A stretch of DNA of 64,000 nucleotides from Lysobacteraceae bacterium (GTDB lineage Bacteria > Pseudomonadota > Gammaproteobacteria > Xanthomonadales > Xanthomonadaceae). Shown piece after piece: positions 1 to 8,878 of this stretch. The notes below the pieces were generated by a model that saw nothing but the letters and a program-made list of their open reading frames with translations, ran no database searches and was not told where the DNA came from. The stretch is taken from positions 28,923 to 92,922 of the forward strand of contig JANMGT010000021.1 in NCBI GenBank assembly GCA_031374725.1. Direction: 5' to 3'. Position 1 is the first letter of the stretch. Every line of letters begins with the position of its first letter. Position numbers and translations under genes: made by a program.

Positions 1-536
1 ACCAGGTCCAATCGAGGCAGAAAGTGCGAAAAGCTGATGACACGGCTCGCCTGCTCCGGCACATCAATCCGGTTGAGATCGAGGAAATGCGCAGTGACCT
101 CTACAGGACTTACATCGGTTGGCCATCGACAGGCGAAATAGTCTCCCCACATTTGTTTCAGTTCGTTGCTGGGCATGCCGAACGAGTAGTCGTACCAACT
201 CAACAGCGGCGCAATGAAGACGCCGTGTCTACAGAACGGTTGGGTAGACACGCCGCAGGATTCCGCTACGGACTGCACGTCCTGAAATTTATTCAAAGAC
301 GTTCGTTCGTTCGATTCACCCACCACCCACAGATCATGATTGCCCGGAACGAATAGCACTTGACTAAAGCACGCCGCGAATGAACTGAGCGTCGATTCAA
401 GCAAGGATAGCTTATGAGTAATATCGCCTGCGAGAATAAGTACGTCGTTCTGATAATCATGCTTCGAAAGATTCCGCACCCAACGGACATTGGCTTCGTA
501 GTCGACATGGATATCCGACAGTGCAAAAATGCGCAT
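1..536 (-). CDS. Calcineurin-like metallophosphoesterase (partial; 3' end runs off the window)
   Basis: Manual translation from ATG at 536 (RBS AGAAGGA): MRIFALSDIHVDY...ILAGDI...FVPGNHDLW...SFSHFLPR, containing the DxH, GD, GNHD and H motifs. It is absent from the ORF track because it has no stop inside the window. Confidence 0.9.
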   Translation of the reverse strand, partial: MRIFALSDIHVDYEANVRWVRNLSKHDYQNDVLILAGDITHKLSLLESTLSSFAACFSQVLFVPGNHDLWVVGESNERTSLNKFQDVQSVAESCGVSTQPFCRHGVFIAPLLSWYDYSFGMPSNELKQMWGDYFACRWPTDVSPVEVTAHFLDLNRIDVPEQASRVISFSHFLPRLDL

Positions 537-616
537 CTTGATCCTTCTACGTGGAGGGCTACGAAAACATCGGCCATTATGTCCATAACTTTAGCCAAAT
601 TGTAATCGTGTGTAAC

Positions 617-1010
617 GTAAGCGTCCGCCCACCTCACCTTGACGCCGCTGGTTGACCAGCTTCGCTGTTGAGAACCCAGCGATGCGGCGGCAGCTCGCCG
701 ATGCCCTTGTCCGGTGATGTCATTGTCCAGTGTCGTCGTCAGGCGGGTGGGCACGTCGGTCAGCCATGCATGCGGGCAGTCGCCGTTGCTTCGGCCGTTG
801 CCTGCAGGCTCATGATCGCGGCGGCGCGTTGGCCTGCGACTTCGCTGCCGGTGAACAGCCAATTCTTTCGTCTTAACGCAATCGGGCGGATGGCATTCTC
901 GATCGCGTTGTTGTCGATCGGGTAGCGGCCGTCGTCGAGATAGCGGCGCAATGGCGCTGCCCGTTTGCGGATGTAGTCGATCGCGTTGGCGCTGCCGCTG
1001 TTGCCGACGA
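617..1010 (-). mobile_element. tnpC: Truncated IS66-family element (right end plus frameshifted tnpC 3' fragment)
   Basis: AIDY...LRRYLDDGRYPIDNNAIENAIRPIALRRKNWLFTGS matches the IS66 transposase C-terminus. It continues in another frame (NGDCPHAWLTDVPTRL) after a 1-bp frameshift near 790. An IS66-type terminus GTAAGCGTCCG starts at 617. Confidence 0.88.
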
Positions 1011-1080
1011 TGATCGGTGGTAGTTTGATCGGCCGTTCGAACAATGCGTCGACAAATTGTGCGCAGGCATCACGAATAAC

Positions 1081-4000
1081 TTACTTCGTCTTCTTACGCA
1101 GCTCGACCTGCGCGGCGGTTTGTCTGGTGCCGTCGTTAAGCTCCATCACGAAACCGAGGCTTTCGATCGCGCGCGCAGCTCCCGCACTGAAATCGCCGGC
1201 GCGGATGCGCATCGAGGCCGGGTTCACCGGCTGGCCGGACCACGCCGTGCCCAGCGAGGTCGCTACTTGATTGAGTTGGTATATTTTCACCATCTGCATG
1301 AATTTGCGGACAGTGGCTTTGGATTTGTTAGCTTCGGCTACCGCCCAATCGATCGGGCTGCCGAAAGCACTGTTCTTGGGATCTAATGCGGAGAACTCTT
1401 GCGGCAAAGTAAGTTCGGCCGTGGTCATTTCCAGCGCAACGAGGGTGCCGCCGGTTTCAGTGAATAGCAAGTCGATGTGCACATCCTTGCTGGTCGGGCC
1501 GTTGACGATTTTGCTGCCTCCAGGTAACGCGATGTCGGCAAGATTGACGTTTGGCAATGCCCCTTTCGGACCGACATCGCGGTCGGAGGTGTGGATCGTC
1601 GCGCCGCCGATCAAGATCCCCGCGACTTGTCTGACTTCGTTCGCACGACCGACGACGACTTCCCATTGACCGTGTTCCAACGGCCGTCCCTGCTGCAGCA
1701 GGGCGACATCGAACCGTAGTTTGTCGACTTTCGCGACATACAGCGTGCGTTGAATCGGGTCTTCGAACTTACCGGTACCAACGCGTGCTTCGAGAAGTTT
1801 CACGAAGGCTTCACCGTTCATACCGGCCAGTGGATTCAAACCGGGAATGATGTCTGTAGAAATATCGGCAAGCAGTTCGGTGACATTCTGCGGCAGAGTG
1901 ACTCTGGGATCGCTAAGGCCGCTGAGCACTCGCAGCCTTTCGGCGCGTTTGTCTTTCGCTGTGCTCTGGAACCACGTCAACCAACCGCCCGGCATCGTTT
2001 GGATTTGGCGCAAAAGCCCGCGTGTTGCGCGTAGATCCATGTCGGCCGGCAGTTCCAGCCCCCTTGCCTTCAGGTCGCGGATCCCATTGATAAGGATCGC
2101 GCTATTTTTAGGCATCAGATCGTCGGCAATGAGATATTTCGCGCCGGAATAGACCTTCGGGCTGTTCGAAATCTCGTGGTAATCCGCGAAGAGTTTCGGC
2201 AACGTCTTCGGATCGGTCGTCAAGAACAAGCGATGCATCGCGCTGTAAGGAATGCCGTTCTCGAGCCTGACCGCATCGGCCACGCCTCGCGCCGCATCGA
2301 TCGACCAGCCCGGATTGATCGACGATGCATGGGTGACGAATAACGACAGCGCCGCCAATACCGTGTGGTCCGGATATTCCAGCGGAAGCTTGGCTTCCAG
2401 TTCCGGATTAATCCGCGCCAGCGTATCGCGCATGCTGGTCAGTTCGCTGCCGCTCAGATGCGTCGTGCGTTCCAATGCGGTGGCGGTGGCGGTCGTGGGT
2501 GCGTCGCTCTTGCCGGCATGCAGCAAGCGCGGCGATGCCACCGGCGCGCCGGAAAGCAAGAAACGCGTGCGCCCCATCGGGTCGGTGATCCGCCGCAGGC
2601 TCGACGTGCCTTCGACCTTGAAGCCTTTCTCGGTGTAGCGCGTGACCAATGCATCGACCTTCGCGGTCGACTTCGATGGGTCGTAAACATAGGTATTGCT
2701 ATCGCCGACGCGGGTAAGTTCGATCACCGATTCCGGTGCAGGCAGCGCCTTGACGACCGGGTCGGCAGCGGTCGGTACCACGCTGAGCGGGAAGCTCGCC
2801 GCCTTCGCGTCGGCGGTCGCCGAGGCCGACATTTTCTCGATCGCAGCGAAGTCGGTGGCGGAGATCACGCCGCCGTCTTTGAGCACTTGTGCTACCGCGC
2901 GGGCTTCGTCGATCAACCGGCTGCGTTCGGTTCGGATCGCCTCGAAATCAGCCTTGCTCAACGTGCCCGTATCGACTTTCTGGCGCAGCGTCTGATACAA
3001 GGCTTCGTTCGCGCTGTTGAGGCTCTCCAACCTGGTATTTGCGGCGGCTTCTAACTTGGGTTTAGCGATCGCTTGGAACCCATGGTGCATACCTGCAATC
3101 AATAGATAGGTGACTGCGGTCTGCGTGAGGAAGGACGCGACATCCGGCGGCCATTGTCCGGTTTCGATGCGCCCCATCGTCGCTGACACCGCTGCGACGC
3201 CGGTGAAGCCGATGAGGTGACCCATCAGCAGTTGCCGCACCGGGCTGCCGCCTGCCAGCGGCTCGGCGAGTTTGCCGACGCCCTTGAGCGCGCCCATGAA
3301 CGCAAGATTGGTGGCCGCCGATTTCACCGCGCCCATGCCAGTGATTTCCTTGCCGAGCAGGATCCGTTGCATGGTCAGCTCGGATGCGGTGAACACGCCG
3401 ACCTCGAACAGGGTAGACACCGATGCGATCGTGCGCGCGGTCCGCGCCAGGGCAATGGTTTCGGAGATCGCGGCCATGCGCACCGCCAGCGCCGCGCCTT
3501 CGGTGACGAGCGCGGCGATCAAAGTGATCGCAATATTCACGAGAAGATCGAGTTTGGCCCGATCTTTGATCTTCTCGAGAACGGTGTTCAGCGACTGCTC
3601 GTAGCCGGCGGTTTTTGCCATGAAACCGTCGTAATCGAGTGTTTGCCAGTATTTCGCCAATTCTGTGCGCATGCCGACGAGCGTGCCGGTCATGCTTTCG
3701 CGGAACGATTTGGAGCCGACATCGGCCTTGACCATTACTTGATGGATGCTGAGATTGCTGGCGTACAGCATGAAGATCGCGGAACGGAAGCCGAAGAGCG
3801 AGGTCGCTTTCGACAACCGCGACGCTTCGAGCAAATCGTTCGCTCCCGGCATCATTTCGGCACTCTCCGGAACACGTGCCGTCACCGTGAATTGCTGGGT
3901 TCCGAAGGGCGATGCGTAGGCGCCGAATGTATTCGAGACGAGTTTGAACCCGAGATTACTGTCGAGCCGTGGCACCGAGTCCTCAAGCGTGCTGCGCATC

Positions 4001-5961
4001 TCGAAAAAGAACGATTCGTCCAGGCCATTGTTGCCGGGATAGGCTTTGTTGCCTTGCTCGAACCATTTCAGATAGCTTTCATAACTCGTGCGGGTACGCT
4101 CGAATTTTCGTTTAGCGATCACTAGATCGAACTGCTCGAATTTCAGATCGACCATGTCGAGCTGGGCTTGATAGCCGGCGGCTAAGCCGTTAGACGCCGA
4201 ACCGAAGGTCGAGCTGGTGATCGATAGCCATGTTTCGATGTATTCGTGGCGCAGGTCGAACAAGGCACCGCGTTCGTCGGTGTTCTTCGATGCGTCGATC
4301 CCGAGTAAATCGTCGAGTGCGACGGCGTTCGCATGCAGGATTTGCGTGCGCTCTTGGATCTTCGCGCCCGCATCCGCAGCGATGGTCATCGCGTTGGCCA
4401 TATCCTGAAGGCCGGCGAGTCGTGCCGCAGGTGAGTAGGCTAGGTGCGCGTGCTCGGTTTCCTCGCGATTCTCGGCGCTGTAAATACGCTTGGTCTCCTT
4501 CCCCTGCGTATCGACCTCCTTCAGATCGCCCTTCTGATTCAGACCGGCGACGATTCCGGTCAATCGCTTCATATCCGCCTCTTCCCACTGGTCGTAGATC
4601 GGGCCGAGGCGTACCGCTCGCTCTAATTGCTCGGCCTCGCTACGAATAATTTGCAACGCTGAAAAGATACGCGGGGTGGTCGATGCCATGCCGAGCGCAC
4701 CGAACGCTTCCCAACCGTTTTCGCGCGCCATCTTTCGCAGCGCGGCGCAGTTGGCCTTGTGCTTCTGCCCTTCCGGCGTCGCTTCCATCTCCAGCAAATC
4801 GGCGACGATTCGCGCGGCCAGATTGGCTTGAAGCGCATCATTCCCAGTAATTTTTCGCTGTAGATACGCGATGCACCATTTTCCGTCTCCTTGATGCAAC
4901 CAGCGTTGGTACAAGCCCTGCGCCATGCCGCTCCCCATTTCGCCGAGGCTGTGATCGGCGAAAAACGCGCGGGCATACAGCAGAAAATCGTAGACACGAT
5001 ACGCATCGACGCTCAACCACTCTTGTAACGCGCTTGTCGCAAAATTATGGAGATCGAAGTCCTTGACTGGGTCGCCCATCAGCAGTTGCACGAGTTTTTT
5101 CGTGGCGTCGGCGTTCGCCGGGCCGGCATTGACCGCAAAGTCGACGATGATCTCGACCGCCGCTAAGCGTTGTGCTCCGTCGGTGTGCAGCTCCAGCATC
5201 TTGATGGCTGTCGCCAAGGCATCCTGATCGTTGGTCGTGACGATATGGGTCTTAGACGCTACGCGCTTGGGATCGTCGTACAACGTGTGGCGCCCCGCGA
5301 ACGCCGAAACGCGCGGGCGTCGACCGGCGAGCACGGCCGCCGCCGCGCGGTCGGCTTGCCATTCGGCCATCTCTGAGTTTGGCATCGCGGGCAATGCGTC
5401 GCCGACGTTGCCGCCGCGATATTGCGCGATATGCGCGAATTCGTGGGCGATGGTCGCGCGTCCTTCGCGCGTGTTCGGGGCGAAGACGCCGTGAGCGAAT
5501 CCGATCTCATCTCCGCTTGCGTATGCGCGTGCGCCCGCAGCGCCTGAGCGCTGGGCGGCGAAAGCGTCGGTGCGTAGGCGAACGCCACCGAAATCGCCAC
5601 CGAAACTCGCCGCCATCGATTGCTTTATCGTCGGCGCTTCGCGCGGCCCCGACGGCCGCGCACTGTCGTCGTCCGCAGGCGGGCCACTCGACGACCCACT
5701 CGGCGGCACGCTCGGCGGTATGCGCTGCGGAGTCGCGATTGAAGCGGGCGGCTGCGGCGACAGAAGCGGATTGCCCGTCGGCGATAGTTGCCCGAGCAAT
5801 GCCAGCATTCCGCTATTGCCGAGCCGCTGCGCCATCGTACTGCCGGTCGATTCGCCGCCCGCATGCTCGGCGCCCGAAGCATCGGCTTTGGTGCGCTCGG
5901 TTCTAGCCGAGGATTTATCGTCGGCAGAACGATCTGATCGCGCGCGGCCGTCGCCGCTCAC
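1081..5961 (-). CDS. Large DUF4157 (eCIS core domain) protein, 1626 aa; candidate cargo/effector with hydrophobic segment and nuclease-like C-terminus
   Basis: N-terminal FGGDFGGVRLRTD...ARAYASGDEIGF...IAHEFAHIAQ (DUF4157 HExxH); hydrophobic helices at about 3070-3555; C-terminal E...HIDLLF...LEMT. The GTG start overlaps the upstream TGA (GTGA). Confidence 0.8.
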   Translation of the reverse strand: MSGDGRARSDRSADDKSSARTERTKADASGAEHAGGESTGSTMAQRLGNSGMLALLGQLSPTGNPLLSPQPPASIATPQRIPPSVPPSGSSSGPPADDDSARPSGPREAPTIKQSMAASFGGDFGGVRLRTDAFAAQRSGAAGARAYASGDEIGFAHGVFAPNTREGRATIAHEFAHIAQYRGGNVGDALPAMPNSEMAEWQADRAAAAVLAGRRPRVSAFAGRHTLYDDPKRVASKTHIVTTNDQDALATAIKMLELHTDGAQRLAAVEIIVDFAVNAGPANADATKKLVQLLMGDPVKDFDLHNFATSALQEWLSVDAYRVYDFLLYARAFFADHSLGEMGSGMAQGLYQRWLHQGDGKWCIAYLQRKITGNDALQANLAARIVADLLEMEATPEGQKHKANCAALRKMARENGWEAFGALGMASTTPRIFSALQIIRSEAEQLERAVRLGPIYDQWEEADMKRLTGIVAGLNQKGDLKEVDTQGKETKRIYSAENREETEHAHLAYSPAARLAGLQDMANAMTIAADAGAKIQERTQILHANAVALDDLLGIDASKNTDERGALFDLRHEYIETWLSITSSTFGSASNGLAAGYQAQLDMVDLKFEQFDLVIAKRKFERTRTSYESYLKWFEQGNKAYPGNNGLDESFFFEMRSTLEDSVPRLDSNLGFKLVSNTFGAYASPFGTQQFTVTARVPESAEMMPGANDLLEASRLSKATSLFGFRSAIFMLYASNLSIHQVMVKADVGSKSFRESMTGTLVGMRTELAKYWQTLDYDGFMAKTAGYEQSLNTVLEKIKDRAKLDLLVNIAITLIAALVTEGAALAVRMAAISETIALARTARTIASVSTLFEVGVFTASELTMQRILLGKEITGMGAVKSAATNLAFMGALKGVGKLAEPLAGGSPVRQLLMGHLIGFTGVAAVSATMGRIETGQWPPDVASFLTQTAVTYLLIAGMHHGFQAIAKPKLEAAANTRLESLNSANEALYQTLRQKVDTGTLSKADFEAIRTERSRLIDEARAVAQVLKDGGVISATDFAAIEKMSASATADAKAASFPLSVVPTAADPVVKALPAPESVIELTRVGDSNTYVYDPSKSTAKVDALVTRYTEKGFKVEGTSSLRRITDPMGRTRFLLSGAPVASPRLLHAGKSDAPTTATATALERTTHLSGSELTSMRDTLARINPELEAKLPLEYPDHTVLAALSLFVTHASSINPGWSIDAARGVADAVRLENGIPYSAMHRLFLTTDPKTLPKLFADYHEISNSPKVYSGAKYLIADDLMPKNSAILINGIRDLKARGLELPADMDLRATRGLLRQIQTMPGGWLTWFQSTAKDKRAERLRVLSGLSDPRVTLPQNVTELLADISTDIIPGLNPLAGMNGEAFVKLLEARVGTGKFEDPIQRTLYVAKVDKLRFDVALLQQGRPLEHGQWEVVVGRANEVRQVAGILIGGATIHTSDRDVGPKGALPNVNLADIALPGGSKIVNGPTSKDVHIDLLFTETGGTLVALEMTTAELTLPQEFSALDPKNSAFGSPIDWAVAEANKSKATVRKFMQMVKIYQLNQVATSLGTAWSGQPVNPASMRIRAGDFSAGAARAIESLGFVMELNDGTRQTAAQVELRKKTK

Positions 5962-6506
5962 GGCGCGCGCCTGCCGGAAAGGCGCGTTTGCAGATCGCGT
6001 TCTTGCCCTTGCAAACGCATGATCTCTTCAGTCAGTTCCATCCAGCGCATCGAATTTTCCGTGCGAGTGCGGCGTTCGCGAATGGGCGCGAGCCTCGCTT
6101 CACCTTCGCGTTCCATTCGATGCAATTCCTCGCCAGGATCGACATCATCGTCGTCGATGGTCGGCCTCGCAGGCGGAGGCGGCAAGACGCCAAGCGAGCT
6201 CAGGACCTGAGTGGCGTGTTCTTGCCAGATGCGGACGTTGGTCGTCTGGCGGGTCACGGCCTGCTGCGTAATGGTGCGCCCGGCCAGCGCTCGGGAGAGC
6301 AGCGTAGGGTCGATGATGCACAGCGGATCGGCTCGCCCGGCAGGGTCTTGGGCACCAACGACAACGAGTACTTCGTGCGAACGCCCGCGCCGGTCGCTAT
6401 TGCCGATCATCGGCAGATTAGTTGGGGCTGCGAACGATAATGTTGGCGAATGTGACGCTTGTGGCGCCTTTCGCGCTTGCCTGTTCTCGCTGCGCGCTGA
6501 TGCCAT
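5958..6506 (-). CDS. Hypothetical protein with C-terminal coiled coil
   Basis: 182-aa ORF whose stop overlaps the downstream start (GTGA) and which begins 6 bp from the upstream gene; no family recognised. Confidence 0.6.
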   Translation of the reverse strand: MASARSENRQARKAPQASHSPTLSFAAPTNLPMIGNSDRRGRSHEVLVVVGAQDPAGRADPLCIIDPTLLSRALAGRTITQQAVTRQTTNVRIWQEHATQVLSSLGVLPPPPARPTIDDDDVDPGEELHRMEREGEARLAPIRERRTRTENSMRWMELTEEIMRLQGQERDLQTRLSGRRAP

Positions 6507-6512
6507 CGAATA

Positions 6513-7079
6513 TCAAATCGGTCGAATACCGTCGGACTGCGGCGCTGGATCGTCGGCAACCGACAACGTAGCGACCTTGAGTTCGGCGGGCAACAACGAG
6601 CGCAGCGACGGAGGCACTCGCAGCAGGAACGCTTGGGTGAATACCGAAACGACGGCCGAGCCTGCGGCCGAAGCATCGTCGGCGACGTACTTCAATTTGG
6701 CGACGGCAACCGGTCCATCTTCGGTGACTCGCGAGAAATACACTTCACTGCGACCGATGATCTGAACCATCACATCGCGCAGCTCGACGTTTCGTTGCCG
6801 CCCCGCATGGATTGCGTCAACGCTGAACACGTAATCACCAGTGTCGGAACGCGTCGCCGAAATCGAGGCATTGGCATTTTGCAATGCGCCAACGATCTCG
6901 GCGAAATCCGCTTCGTTTCTGAGCACAGTGACGACAGCCGCCTCGATCGCTGCCAATGAGATGTCGCGCCGCGCAAGCGCTTTTTCGACGGCTTCGCGCA
7001 CCATGGCGTTCAATTTGATCTCGATCTGCAGGCGGGTTCCGCCAACGAATCGAAAAGCATCTGGAAGCGTCGGTTTCAT
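6513..7079 (-). CDS. Hypothetical protein
   Basis: 188-aa ORF, globular-looking composition, co-oriented within the operon; no family recognised. Confidence 0.7.
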   Translation of the reverse strand: MKPTLPDAFRFVGGTRLQIEIKLNAMVREAVEKALARRDISLAAIEAAVVTVLRNEADFAEIVGALQNANASISATRSDTGDYVFSVDAIHAGRQRNVELRDVMVQIIGRSEVYFSRVTEDGPVAVAKLKYVADDASAAGSAVVSVFTQAFLLRVPPSLRSLLPAELKVATLSVADDPAPQSDGIRPI

Positions 7080-7151
7080 GCGGATTCGCTCATCGCACCA
7101 GCTCCAATCGAAAAAATTAGATCAAACTGTGGCATTGAAGCTTTACCTCGA

Positions 7152-8801
7152 TCACGGCGTCGGCAGCGGCAGGAAAGACCTCGGCGGAGTTAGCGGCGAG
7201 AGCGGTATAGAAACGGGTGCGCGCGGCATGCCCAGTCCGATCAAGTGCGGCGTTGGACTGAATCGCCGACGGACGGCATACGAGTAAATGCCGGACATGA
7301 CTTGTTCCAGTACTGTTAACGTCTGTCGATCTGAAGCGGTCAAGCCGGCGCGATCGCTGGGCAGAAAGACGCCGCTGAAATCGAAGACGTAGCGATCGAC
7401 CATATTGCTGTTGATCGAAGGACTCAGTGTCGGAGGGGAATACACTAAAACGCCACCACGCGGCATCGCCAGAATTTGTTGTGTCGCTTGCGCTTGTCTG
7501 AAGACTTCCGTTTCCGAGCGCACCGTCACCTCTTCCACCAGCCATCGCGCTGTTGTATCGAGTTCTGCAGATGTGATCTGCGCCGTGCTCGCACGCCTAC
7601 CGTTCACGCTTTGCGCGAGCGCGTCCAAATGCAAACGCACATTCGCGATTTGAGCGGCATAGCGAGTGAGATTGAGGGTCCCTGCGGCACCGGACGGACC
7701 GGTGCGTCCGACCGCTCTGACGTTCAATGCGGATGTCGGCCGATTGATCAACCAGCTCGCCATATGCATCGACTCATGATACAGCGTCAGGGCGATATCG
7801 TCCGCGGTCGGGCATTTGCGGATGAACAGCTCGATCTGCGCATCGGTCATATTGCCTGCCGCATGATGAAACAGTCCATTTGGTCGCAGAGGATCTGGAT
7901 CGTCGCTCAAGATGAGGGTCAAATTCAGCGTGTTCGTACCGATCGTGTGCTGGATCGGACCGCCGCCGGTGATGTTGCCCTGGGCATCCTTCCATCGCAG
8001 ATTGCCTGCCATCGCGGTAAGGATCGGTTGCACCGTGCTTGCTAGCGTTTCGTTGTTGACCAGGTTACCGCCGATCGACGCGATCGCGGTATTGACCAAG
8101 CCTCGATAGGTCGCTTGGCTGACAGAAAAAGCAGGTGGCGTTGTACCGATCGCTGGTACCGTCTGCCGCTGGATTTGATATGGAGCCGGGGATAATCCAT
8201 GCGCGCGACGCCCACTCTGACTCTGTTGCAGCACATGCGCGACTTCATGGGATAAGAGGCGCTCTCCCTGCGCGCTGTCGGGAGACGGCGCGGCGCGTCC
8301 GAGAAATATGTCACTGCCCAGCGTCCATGCGGATGCATTCAAAGCGGCCGACGCATCGGCGACGGTATCGCCGCGATGCAAGCGCACATCGCTCAAATCA
8401 GTGCCCGCTCGCGTTTGCAATGTCTCGCGTAACGATGTTCGGAGCGGGCTACCGCTACCCCATTGCGCTCGCAGCATCGGGCGCCATGGGCTCTGCGCGA
8501 GTGGGACGTTGATGTCCGCTATCGCCATCGGTAACTCTTCGCGTACTACATGGGCATCGTGCGCAGCGGACCAGCGCTCGGCTTCTTGTTCATAGGCGCT
8601 ATCGGGCGCGCCGACATCGGGAACGCGCGCTGCGGCCGCACTGCCGAATGCCTGATCTAGGAGCATTATCCTGTGTCGGTTGCTAGTCGAACCAACGCTC
8701 GAAAACGTCTCGAACCGACTATCGGAATGAGATGCGGTCGCAGCGCGCTGTGACGTGCTGGATTTGTGCGAAGTGGACGATTTGTCGCTAATCTGGCGCA
8801 T
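7152..8801 (-). CDS. DUF4157 protein with a second HExxH (putative zincin metallopeptidase effector)
   Basis: DLSDVRLHRG...ASAWTLGSDIFLG...LSHEVAHVLQQ (DUF4157), then TLYHESMHM with a downstream EE. Start codon uncertain. Confidence 0.8.
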   Translation of the reverse strand: MRQISDKSSTSHKSSTSQRAATASHSDSRFETFSSVGSTSNRHRIMLLDQAFGSAAAARVPDVGAPDSAYEQEAERWSAAHDAHVVREELPMAIADINVPLAQSPWRPMLRAQWGSGSPLRTSLRETLQTRAGTDLSDVRLHRGDTVADASAALNASAWTLGSDIFLGRAAPSPDSAQGERLLSHEVAHVLQQSQSGRRAHGLSPAPYQIQRQTVPAIGTTPPAFSVSQATYRGLVNTAIASIGGNLVNNETLASTVQPILTAMAGNLRWKDAQGNITGGGPIQHTIGTNTLNLTLILSDDPDPLRPNGLFHHAAGNMTDAQIELFIRKCPTADDIALTLYHESMHMASWLINRPTSALNVRAVGRTGPSGAAGTLNLTRYAAQIANVRLHLDALAQSVNGRRASTAQITSAELDTTARWLVEEVTVRSETEVFRQAQATQQILAMPRGGVLVYSPPTLSPSINSNMVDRYVFDFSGVFLPSDRAGLTASDRQTLTVLEQVMSGIYSYAVRRRFSPTPHLIGLGMPRAPVSIPLSPLTPPRSFLPLPTP

Positions 8802-8878
8802 TCTGAATTGCTTTCGCTAGTTGTCGTGGCGACGAATAATCGACTGGGTACTGCATATACCTATGCGACGCAGCCGCA

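Noticed and set aside
24-356. 110-aa plus-strand ORF
   Set aside because: It is the antisense shadow of the motif-complete metallophosphoesterase on the minus strand.
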